Assembly (NCBI GenBank): GCA_964628855.1
Contig: CAZVMV010000002.1
Span: forward strand, 11,442-75,441
Origin: an uncultured Gammaproteobacteria bacterium
GTDB taxonomy: Bacteria; Patescibacteriota; Patescibacteriia; UBA10025; JAHIVO01
Direction of reading: 5' to 3'
Length of the DNA: 64,000 nucleotides
Part shown: positions 1 through 7,633 of the stretch, piece after piece
Layout: every line of letters begins with the position of its first letter
Position numbering within the stretch: position 1 is the first letter of the stretch
Position numbers and translations under genes: made by a program
Notes under the pieces: generated by a model
What the model was told of the DNA's origin: nothing
The model's database searches: none
Seen by the model: the letters and a program-made list of their open reading frames with translations, nothing else

Positions 1-1003
1 TTCCTGAGCCGGTCGGGCCGGTTGTCAGGATCATGCCATTGGGCCGGTCAATCTCCTTTTTCATGATGTCATAAGCGACCCCGACCAGACCGAGATCATC
101 CAGGGTCAAGCTGGTGGCCGAGGACATCAAAAGACGCATGACAATGCTTTCGCCAAATGCGCTTGGAACTGTGGATACGCGGACATCGATGAAATCACTG
201 CCTAAATATATCGTGAAGCGTCCGTCCTGGGGCTCATCGACAACGTTTATCTTTAATTTGGCAATCAGCTTGGCACGGTTGATGACTTGCGGCCATAGTT
301 TTTTCTGCAGGGATGCCACGTCATACAGGGCCCCGTCGATCCGGTACCGAATTTTAATATCTTCCTGCTGGGCTTCGATGTGAATGTCAGAAGCGCGTGC
401 CTGGATGCCGCCCGCCATTATTATGGTGAAGACATCCGTAATGGAAACATGCTGGATTTTCTCAGCTAGATCGCGAAATGACTTCAATTGGCCGGAAAAT
501 TTTTCCAAATCCTCAGCCTTCAACTCGATACCGGCAATAAATTTCCGTGGCTTTGGCAGAGTTTCGTATAATTTGAAAACTGCCTGCAGGCTCTCCTCTG
601 AAATCTGGTAGATATCGCCATGCGCCCGCCCTTCTGAGGAGAGGCGCTCGACTAATGCCATTACCTCTGGTTCTTCTGGATTAACGGCGCCGATGCGTAT
701 TTCCGTGTCCGTCTTAAAGAAACAAACCGCCTTAAGACGGCGAGCTTCCTCTTCCGGTAATAGAGACAGCGCATCGGAACTGACCGGGAATCCCTTTAAA
801 AAAATATACCCAATTCCCCGCGAGGCCGCCTGGTCTCTGGTGTCCTGCTCCTTTTTCTTTGTATCGATCTCGTGGATTTTTGCCTTGAGCTTTTCCTCCA
901 CTTCATCAGTGCTCACCCGGATCTTGCCACTCTGATTGGCCCGGGCCGCACCCAGCAAATCATCGATACTTTTGTCGTTTTGGCTGACAATGTCTTCATC
1001 CAT
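1..1003 (-). CDS. PilB/GspE-family secretion/pilus-assembly ATPase, N-terminal ~334 codons (3' part lies beyond the window edge)
   Basis: Missing from the ORF track because no stop lies in the window. My minus-strand translation from ATG 1003..1001 gives MDEDIVSQNDKSIDDLLGAARANQSGKIRVSTDE... Nt 1-60 read ...KEIDRPNGMILTTGPTGSG (Walker A), matching TKPHGMILVTGPTGSGK of the 44534 gene. The + ORFs at 114-935 are antisense shadows. Confidence 0.8.
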   Translation of the reverse strand, partial: MDEDIVSQNDKSIDDLLGAARANQSGKIRVSTDEVEEKLKAKIHEIDTKKKEQDTRDQAASRGIGYIFLKGFPVSSDALSLLPEEEARRLKAVCFFKTDTEIRIGAVNPEEPEVMALVERLSSEGRAHGDIYQISEESLQAVFKLYETLPKPRKFIAGIELKAEDLEKFSGQLKSFRDLAEKIQHVSITDVFTIIMAGGIQARASDIHIEAQQEDIKIRYRIDGALYDVASLQKKLWPQVINRAKLIAKLKINVVDEPQDGRFTIYLGSDFIDVRVSTVPSAFGESIVMRLLMSSATSLTLDDLGLVGVAYDIMKKEIDRPNGMILTTGPTGSG

Positions 1004-1093
1004 AGTACCGTGATTATATCAAGTAAACATGCCTAAGTAAATTAAAAAACAGCCCTAACACTGCCTGACATTCCGGGGTTTGGCAATTATCGA

Positions 1094-2239
1094 CTAGGCA
1101 GGATTTGCTAAGTGTTTTTTACTGATATCTATGACCATTTTCTCCGCGGCCAGGATATCTTCACTAGTAAGTGAAAACCTAATAAAGTTCCTCGTCCCGG
1201 TCGGTTTAAAATCACGAAACAAATTCAATGCGTCAGTAGTGCGGCCTGTCGTAACAATCGCCTGTATCAATTGGTCTTTGCCCTCAAACAACAGAATGAT
1301 GATTTCAGCATTCGGCGTATTGACCATAAGTTCATCTACGACACCTTCCAGTTCGGCTTCGCCGGCGCCTGATTTCTCGAAGTCCTGCCTGTTAAGGAGC
1401 GACCAGACGATCCTCCCGTTTAACTCCGTCTTTAATCGTGCTAAAGCACGACCCCAGAGTTTTAAGGTGTTGATTGATTTGGTTCTGTATAAATTCTTAA
1501 TAATATCATCTCGCCTGGCACCATTTTCGATCAACAGGCTGCTGATCGTCAATGATTTTGGGGTAACGCTGGCACTCTGGAAGCTTTTTGTCTTGGATAT
1601 AATTCCCGTCAAAAGGCTGGTGGCGATATACTCATCCAGGATATTTTCCTTGAACTCTTTGACCATTTCATAAATTATTTCCGAGGTTGAGGTCGCCACC
1701 AGGTCAACGATGTTAATCTGGCCGAAATACTCATTTACCGCGGAATGGTCAATATTGATGGTCGGGGTATGGTAAAAAAATTCTGTATTGTCATCATATA
1801 TTTTCCCTAACGCTTCCAGGTCAGGAGCATCGATGACTATGATCAAATCATACTCATATGACGATGCAGAAGTGGAAACGTCGCGCGCTTCAAAAAAGCC
1901 GTCTTTGGGGGTAATAAAAATATTAAGGTGTTTTTTGTCGCTGATGTCATATGACAATTCCTGGACCTTTGTCCGTGAAAGATCCAATGAAATAATAAAT
2001 TTCCTCAAGGCGGTTAAGTCGGAATTTATCTCTTTGCTTTTTGGCAAGAACTGATGTGACGGCGGCAGGTCAAACTCGTTGCAAACCACCTTCACCTTTT
2101 TCCCAAGTTTCTCCAACGCCAAAAAAAGACCAAGACTTGAGGCAATTGCGTCAGTCGAGGGGTTACGCGGCAAAGCAATGACAATATTGTTGCACTTTTC
2201 TATCTGATCTATAGCTTGTTGGATGGGTGAACGCTCCAT
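1094..2239 (-). CDS. DHH-family phosphoesterase (NrnA-like oligoribonuclease/pAp phosphatase type, motifs partly degenerate)
   Basis: 381 aa. N-terminal ALPRNPSTDAIASSLGL resembles the DHH motif I/II region. INIDHS sits at the DHH motif position. Overall length and layout fit DHH plus DHHA1. Confidence 0.65.
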   Translation of the reverse strand: MERSPIQQAIDQIEKCNNIVIALPRNPSTDAIASSLGLFLALEKLGKKVKVVCNEFDLPPSHQFLPKSKEINSDLTALRKFIISLDLSRTKVQELSYDISDKKHLNIFITPKDGFFEARDVSTSASSYEYDLIIVIDAPDLEALGKIYDDNTEFFYHTPTINIDHSAVNEYFGQINIVDLVATSTSEIIYEMVKEFKENILDEYIATSLLTGIISKTKSFQSASVTPKSLTISSLLIENGARRDDIIKNLYRTKSINTLKLWGRALARLKTELNGRIVWSLLNRQDFEKSGAGEAELEGVVDELMVNTPNAEIIILLFEGKDQLIQAIVTTGRTTDALNLFRDFKPTGTRNFIRFSLTSEDILAAEKMVIDISKKHLANPA

Positions 2240-2375
2240 ATATTGAGGGTATTCCTAAAAAACGTAATAGGTGAGTATAAAATACGGGGGCCTGACTGTC
2301 AAGATAATTGGGCTCAAAATAACCTAATTACATGGAATATTTGTCGAGATGGATGGAAAGGCTTAAAATACCTAC

Positions 2376-2816
2376 ATGAACTTCATCTCAAGAAATCCAA
2401 AAGATACTATTAAGATTGGGCTAAAATTGGCCAAAAATATTCAAAAAGGGCAGATATTTGCTTTGGTTGGCGACATGGGCGGAGGTAAGACTTATTTTGC
2501 CAAGGGTTTTGCAAAAGGCTTGGGGATTAGTGGGGTCATTAATAGCCCGACTTTCGTGCTCATGAAAGTGTATAAGCTCCGCTTGCCGAAACTGCGGAGA
2601 TTTTGCCATGTCGACGCTTACCGAATCAGGCGAATCAGCGAAATCCGCGAGGTTGGGCTGCCTGAATTCTTGCAGCACTCAGATACCGTTTGCGTGATCG
2701 AGTGGGCGGACAAACTGCGACCGCTGCTAAAAAATATCCCGCTTACCGTAGTCCGCTTCACTTATGTAAGCCCGTCAGTCAGAAAAATTTCAATTCAAAA
2801 ACGGGCTATCTGGTAA
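2376..2816 (+). CDS. tsaE: tRNA t6A37 threonylcarbamoyl-transfer protein TsaE (YjeE ATPase)
   Basis: 146 aa with P-loop GDMGGGKTYFAKGFAKGLGI followed by SPTF, the typical TsaE signature. Confidence 0.85.
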   Translation: MNFISRNPKDTIKIGLKLAKNIQKGQIFALVGDMGGGKTYFAKGFAKGLGISGVINSPTFVLMKVYKLRLPKLRRFCHVDAYRIRRISEIREVGLPEFLQHSDTVCVIEWADKLRPLLKNIPLTVVRFTYVSPSVRKISIQKRAIW

Positions 2817-2835
2817 TTGCCCGGTAAAAAAAATT

Positions 2836-3120
2836 TTAAACAGCCGGTACTGGCCTGTCAGCCGGCTGTTTTTTTAGTTCTGTTTCTGCCAAAATCGCAT
2901 CTTCTACAGTCATCTTCTCCTCCGTAATCTGAATTACTTGCTCGCGGTTGATTAACAATTCACGCTGGAGCAGCTCGCCGATCAGATCGCGGCTCCGGAC
3001 AGAATATTGCTTGATCGCTTGCGTCTCCTGATCAAAAACAAAATCGGCAATCTTGCCCAGATGTTCGCCGGATTGCGTATAAACTGGCAAACCGATCAGC
3101 TGTTTTTGGGTGAGGCTCAT
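2836..3120 (-). CDS. PRC-barrel domain protein
   Basis: 94 aa. LIGLPVYTQSGEHLGKIADFVFD is PRC-barrel-like. The start overlaps the yidC stop (TAATG). Confidence 0.5.
   Translation of the reverse strand: MSLTQKQLIGLPVYTQSGEHLGKIADFVFDQETQAIKQYSVRSRDLIGELLQRELLINREQVIQITEEKMTVEDAILAETELKKQPADRPVPAV
2838..2875 (+). terminator. Hairpin plus T-run downstream of tsaE, embedded in the last codons of the convergent gene
   Basis: aaacagccgg (2838-2847) pairs with ccggctgttt (2862-2871) and is followed by ttttt. The loop is long (14 nt), so this is only moderately convincing. Confidence 0.45.
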
Positions 3121-3893
3121 TATTTAACGACAGTCTGAATATTGGCAATGACCTTGTCCCGTTTGAAAATGTAATATTGCTGGGCGACCGTGAAAAGCGT
3201 AGAAAAAAGCCAGTATAGAGTCAGGCCGGCCGGGAACTGGAGACCAAATATGATCGTCAGCACGGGCATGAAATACATCATTTGTTTGTTCATGCCGGCC
3301 ATCATGCTTTCATCCTTGGCACCGGGAAGTTTTGGGGGCTGCTTGGCCATCAACATTTTTGACTGCCAGAATTGGGCAGCGCCTGCCAGGATGGCCAAAA
3401 TATAATTTCCCTTTTTAGCCAGATCAACAAAGCCTAGGAACATCGGGTTAATCGAATGGGATGAAAAAATTGACCGTAGTGGCTCATACAAATGCTGGAG
3501 CTGGGCAGACAATAAAATATGCGTAGACGGGTCTGTTTGCGCTACTGCCAGAAAAGCCCGGTACAGTGCAATAAGTATCGGTAATTGGATCAGGAGGGGG
3601 AGACAGGAGGAAAGGGGGTTGACCTTATTTTCCTTATAAAATTTCATCAACTGCCGACCCAACTCCTCCTTGTTATCCTTATACTTATTCTGGATGGCCT
3701 GCAGTTTTGGCTGGGTATCCTGGAGTACCTTCTGGGACCGGATCGACGACCGGGAAGGGATGTATAGTAATAACTTAATCACTAATGTTAGCAAAATTAT
3801 CGATATGCCCAAGTCCGGTATATATTTATAAATCAGAACAAGAGCATTCAATAATGGCTGAAACAAAACTACATTAAATAGATCACCTATCAT
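3120..3893 (-). CDS. yidC: Membrane protein insertase YidC (short form)
   Basis: 257 aa, multi-TM. Carries the conserved KMQ/KYK...NPLSSCLPLLIQLPILIALY core. Sits in the rnpA-yidD-yidC context. Confidence 0.85.
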   Translation of the reverse strand: MIGDLFNVVLFQPLLNALVLIYKYIPDLGISIILLTLVIKLLLYIPSRSSIRSQKVLQDTQPKLQAIQNKYKDNKEELGRQLMKFYKENKVNPLSSCLPLLIQLPILIALYRAFLAVAQTDPSTHILLSAQLQHLYEPLRSIFSSHSINPMFLGFVDLAKKGNYILAILAGAAQFWQSKMLMAKQPPKLPGAKDESMMAGMNKQMMYFMPVLTIIFGLQFPAGLTLYWLFSTLFTVAQQYYIFKRDKVIANIQTVVK

Positions 3894-4150
3894 ATCTTTT
3901 TGGGGACAGGATCATAACCACCTTGCGACCATGGATGGCAGCGACCAATCCTTTTAATTGTTAAGAGTCCTCCTTTAATAAGGCCGTGCTGTTCTATTGC
4001 GTTGTGGCCGTAATCTGAGCATGTCGGATAATACCGGCAATAACCATAGGGGTGGCGATGCGCCAGCAGGCCGTGGTCCGGTGACAGGGTGCGCTGATAC
4101 AGCCGGATCAGGAAAAGAAATATTTTTTTTATGTATTCTGTGGATTTCAT
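3890..4150 (-). CDS. yidD: Membrane protein insertion efficiency factor YidD
   Basis: 86 aa with YQRTLSP...CRYYPTCSDYGHNAIEQHG...RCHPW..GGYDPVP, the canonical YidD motif. Confidence 0.85.
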   Translation of the reverse strand: MKSTEYIKKIFLFLIRLYQRTLSPDHGLLAHRHPYGYCRYYPTCSDYGHNAIEQHGLIKGGLLTIKRIGRCHPWSQGGYDPVPKKI

Positions 4151-4491
4151 TGTTTTAATAACTTGGCCTTGTTGAAAATATGGACAATCCGGTCGTCTAA
4201 TTGGGTGAATGTTAAATTTTTAAGCGGCGGTTTGGCAATAATTGCGATGTCGAAGCCTGTCTTGATGCGCGGTAACATGGCCGCAACGATTGCCCTAAGG
4301 CGTCGTTTCAACAAATTTCGTTGGGAGGCCTTTTTATGGACCTTCAATCCAATACTGAACCCAAATCGGCTTGTCGGCCTTTGTTGGGGGAGTACTTTTA
4401 AAACAGCGTCGGCCTCATGATATGTCAGTCCACGCCGGTGAAGCATGTGCCAATCCCGGTCAGTAACGACACGATGTTTAGCTGACAGCAT
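4147..4491 (-). CDS. rnpA: Ribonuclease P protein component
   Basis: 114 aa, basic. Has KKASQRNLLKRRLRAIV (RNR-motif-like) and lies directly downstream of rpmH. Confidence 0.8.
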   Translation of the reverse strand: MLSAKHRVVTDRDWHMLHRRGLTYHEADAVLKVLPQQRPTSRFGFSIGLKVHKKASQRNLLKRRLRAIVAAMLPRIKTGFDIAIIAKPPLKNLTFTQLDDRIVHIFNKAKLLKQ

Positions 4492-4505
4492 TTCAATGAG
4501 GACAC

Positions 4506-4643
4506 TTAATAACTAAGCGTATGGCGGCCTTTTGCTCGGCGGCGGGCCAGCACTTTGCGGCCGTTTCTTGTTTTCATCCGTTTCCGGAATCCGTGTTCTT
4601 TTGCACGCTGTCTTTTCTTTGGCTGATAAGTTCGCTTTGGCAT
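4506..4643 (-). CDS. rpmH: 50S ribosomal protein L34
   Basis: Not in the ORF track (45 aa). My translation is [45 protein letters not shown]. The 62-aa track ORF 4513-4701 is the wrong frame over the same DNA. Confidence 0.9.
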   Translation of the reverse strand: MPKRTYQPKKRQRAKEHGFRKRMKTRNGRKVLARRRAKGRHTLSY

Positions 4644-4823
4644 ATAATCTGGCTTTTTTGTGGTTAAAAATCTTTTTAAAGTATACTCGTAAAACCACCA
4701 TTGGTCAATGGAAAATGGCTATCCTCATCTTAAGCACAGTTTATGCACAAAACAGTCACCATAGGCGGTTTTTCTTGGTCGGGTTTTGTGGTAGGATAAC
4801 ACTACTCATAAAAACTTTTTTAT

Positions 4824-6182
4824 ATGGATAAGGAGCAACTGTGGCAAGCCGCCCTCGGCGAGTTGGAATTGTCGATCAGCAAAGCCAACTTTACGACCTG
4901 GTTCAAAAACACCTTTATCTCTTCATACGAAGAGGGTAAAGTTGCTATCGGCGTACCCAACAGTTTCACCAAAACCTGGCTGGAAAATAAATACCATAAA
5001 GAAATCCTAAAAAGTTTAGAAAACGCCACCGGTAACCAGGTCAGGGAAGTTGTATATAAAGTTGAATCAGTCCATAAGTCAGGGCAGCCAGCGGCCGTGC
5101 CGGATACAAGCACCCGCGCCGCACCGGAATCCAGCCAGGCCAAAGACGAGCGCAACGGATTCGGCCTGAATTCGCGTTATACATTCGAAAATTTCATTGT
5201 CGGTAAGTCCAGCGAATTGGCGCACGCCGCCTGTCTGGCGGTGGCTCAGCGGCCGGGCGAGGTTTATAATCCTCTTTTTATCTACGGCGGTGCTGGCTTA
5301 GGGAAAACACACCTGCTGCAGGCCGTAGCCCACGAGATACTAAAAAACAACCCAAAAAAGAAAGTCGTATACGTCACCTGCGAAAAATTCACCAATGAAT
5401 TTATCCGGGCCATCACTCAGGGTAACGGCGAAAGCTTCAAGGAGCATTACCGCAACGCCGACCTGCTTTTAATCGACGACATCCAATTCTTGGCGGGCAA
5501 GGAAGGCACCCAAGAGGAATTTTTCCATACTTTCAATGCCCTACACCAGCAGAACAAGCAGATAGTAATCAGCTCTGATCGGCCGCCCAAAGCCATCCCT
5601 GCCCTGGAAAACCGCCTCATTTCACGTTTTGAGTGGGGAATGATCGCTGACATTGCCCAGCCGGATTTTGAGACGCGCGTGGCCATTTTAAACGCCAAAT
5701 GCAAAGAAAAGAATTACCCCCTGGACCATGGTATCATCACTACCATTGCCACAGGAGTTCAGAGTAATGTACGCGAACTGGAGGGCGCCCTAAACCGTAT
5801 CATGGCCTATCATCAGCTAAATAATACGCCGCCTACGGTGGAATCAGTTAAAAACATCATCACCAGCCTTTCGCGCTACCAAAAACGCGATGGCGCCATT
5901 ACCGTCAAGCAAATCATCTCCGTGGTAGCTGGCTTTTTTGAAATTTCAACCGGCGATTTACTGGGAGCGAGCCGTAAAAAAGAATTAGTTGTACCACGTC
6001 AGATTGCCATGTTCCTGATGCGCGAGGAAGCGAAGGCTTCATACCCGGCAATCGGACAAGAATTGGGGGGACGCGACCACACTACGGCCATGCACGCATA
6101 TGAAAAAATAAAAAAAGCATTAGACGAAGACGAGAAAATCAGACAGGATATTCAATTGATCAGGCAGCGGCTGTATAACTAG
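4824..6182 (+). CDS. dnaA: Chromosomal replication initiator DnaA
   Basis: 452 aa. Walker A GGAGLGKTHLLQA, box VII/sensor regions, and a C-terminal DNA-binding domain (...PRQIAMFLMRE...GGRDHTTAMHA). Confidence 0.95.
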   Translation: MDKEQLWQAALGELELSISKANFTTWFKNTFISSYEEGKVAIGVPNSFTKTWLENKYHKEILKSLENATGNQVREVVYKVESVHKSGQPAAVPDTSTRAAPESSQAKDERNGFGLNSRYTFENFIVGKSSELAHAACLAVAQRPGEVYNPLFIYGGAGLGKTHLLQAVAHEILKNNPKKKVVYVTCEKFTNEFIRAITQGNGESFKEHYRNADLLLIDDIQFLAGKEGTQEEFFHTFNALHQQNKQIVISSDRPPKAIPALENRLISRFEWGMIADIAQPDFETRVAILNAKCKEKNYPLDHGIITTIATGVQSNVRELEGALNRIMAYHQLNNTPPTVESVKNIITSLSRYQKRDGAITVKQIISVVAGFFEISTGDLLGASRKKELVVPRQIAMFLMREEAKASYPAIGQELGGRDHTTAMHAYEKIKKALDEDEKIRQDIQLIRQRLYN

Positions 6183-6477
6183 TGGGGAAGCTGTTGATGG
6201 CGAGTGTGCATGCCACATCTTTTCTGTGGACACACATATAGGCGAACTGTTAATAAAAAATTTACAAAACACTCAGCAGGCGACAATTTATAGATTGTAT
6301 CAGTTTACACACACATCACGCACCACCAAAACAAATTTTATTCACACCAAGAAAAATTACTCAACGGCAAATCGTTCAGCAAAATAATCATATTCAGAAT
6401 TAAATAAATTTTCATCCACATATCCACCACCCCTATTAATATATTATGTGTATTTATAAATTTAAAACATACATACT
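6183..6477. promoter_or_regulatory. Candidate oriC (dnaA-dnaN intergenic region with DnaA-box-like 9-mers and an AT-rich unwinding stretch)
   Basis: Matches to TTATCCACA: ttattcaca 6338-6346 (8/9), tcatccaca 6412-6420 (8/9), atatccacc 6420-6428 (7/9), and tgtggacac 6225-6233 (reverse orientation, 7/9). 6431-6477 is almost pure A/T. One more 8/9 box (ttatgcaca) lies at 4741-4749 upstream of dnaA. Confidence 0.55.
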
Positions 6478-7581
6478 ATGAAAGTTACGTGCACACAAGA
6501 AAATTTATCCAAAGGCCTCTCCTTGGTCAGTCATGTTGCGAGTAAAAATATTACCCTGCCAATTTTGAACAATGTCTTAGTGAGAGCTGAACAGGGGGTG
6601 ATAAAATTACTGACCACAAACCTTGAAATCGGGATTATTTGCCAGGTACGGGGTAAGGTGGAAAAAGAGGGTGCATTCACCGTCCAGGCAAAAACTCTGA
6701 GCGATTATGTAAATTTACTGCCAAAAGAAAACATTGAAATCGAAGTCGTAGACCAATCCATGAAAATAAAAGGGAAAAAATCCAAAACCGTCATGAAAGG
6801 ATTGGAAGCTTCGGAATTCCCGTTAATCCCCGAAGTTGACGCTAAGCAGAAATTTGAAATACCGGCGGAAGTCCTGCGTCGGGCGCTTTCAAATGTAGCA
6901 TTTGCGGTTGCGTACGATGAAACACGACCGGAAATCAGTGGCGTATTTTTTAGCTTCGAGGGTAATAATTTAGTGGCCGTAGCGACAGACAGTTACCGTT
7001 TGGCTGAGAAGAAAGTAGCGCTCGCCAAACCCGCAGCCAGCAGGCATAGCGTTATCGTACCGATCCGGACTATCCAGGAATTAGTGCGAATATTAGGCGA
7101 TTATAACGATCCGGTCACGATTGCCTGCAATGAAAACCAGATACTGTTTGACCTGGGTGAAACCAAACTAACCTCCCGTGTGATCGAAGGCCAATATCCT
7201 GATTATCAACAGATTATCCCCAAGGAGTATCGTACAAAAATTACCGTTGACACACAGGAATTTATTAATACCGTAAAACGCGCCAGCCTTTTCTGCAAAC
7301 CAGGCGGCAATGATATCGTTTTGAAATTCGAAAAATCTTCCGGCCAAATTACCGTAAATACTACCAACGCCCAGGTCGGCGAAAGCGAGGCGGTACAGGA
7401 AGCGTCCATCGAGGGCGACGAGAACCATATCGTTTTCAACTACCGATTCCTTTTGGACGGATTACAAAACCTCGGTTCGTCTAACTGCGTCATGGAAATA
7501 AGTTCAAACCTAAGTCCAGGACTGATCAGGCCGGAAAAGGATGGCGACTACACCTACATCATCATGCCGATCAAACAATAA
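6478..7581 (+). CDS. dnaN: DNA polymerase III beta sliding clamp
   Basis: 367 aa with the three-domain clamp pattern (...ATDSYRLAEK..., ...EGQYPDYQQIIP...). Position after dnaA. Confidence 0.95.
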   Translation: MKVTCTQENLSKGLSLVSHVASKNITLPILNNVLVRAEQGVIKLLTTNLEIGIICQVRGKVEKEGAFTVQAKTLSDYVNLLPKENIEIEVVDQSMKIKGKKSKTVMKGLEASEFPLIPEVDAKQKFEIPAEVLRRALSNVAFAVAYDETRPEISGVFFSFEGNNLVAVATDSYRLAEKKVALAKPAASRHSVIVPIRTIQELVRILGDYNDPVTIACNENQILFDLGETKLTSRVIEGQYPDYQQIIPKEYRTKITVDTQEFINTVKRASLFCKPGGNDIVLKFEKSSGQITVNTTNAQVGESEAVQEASIEGDENHIVFNYRFLLDGLQNLGSSNCVMEISSNLSPGLIRPEKDGDYTYIIMPIKQ

Positions 7582-7589
7582 TTGAAAAT

Positions 7590-7620
7590 AAAAAAGAGCG
7601 GGCCTTGCGCCCGTTCTTTT
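7590..7620. terminator. Bidirectional intrinsic terminator between dnaN (+) and the PBP gene (-)
   Basis: An A-run, then an 8-bp stem gagcgggc (7596-7603) / gcccgttc (7609-7616, one G-U pair) with a 5-nt loop, then tttt. Confidence 0.6.
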
Positions 7621-7633
7621 ATTATAATAATTT

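Noticed and set aside
114-935. Three plus-strand ORFs (89, 75, 80 aa) at the window start
   Set aside because: They are antisense shadows of an uninterrupted minus-strand PilB/GspE-like reading frame (1-1003) with an N-terminal domain and Walker A motif. None has an RBS or a recognisable motif.
4513-4701. 62-aa minus-strand ORF from the track, overlapping the rpmH locus
   Set aside because: It is the wrong frame. A different frame over 4506-4643 gives a textbook L34 sequence ([41 protein letters not shown]...). The 62-aa product is low-complexity and extends into the dnaA upstream region.
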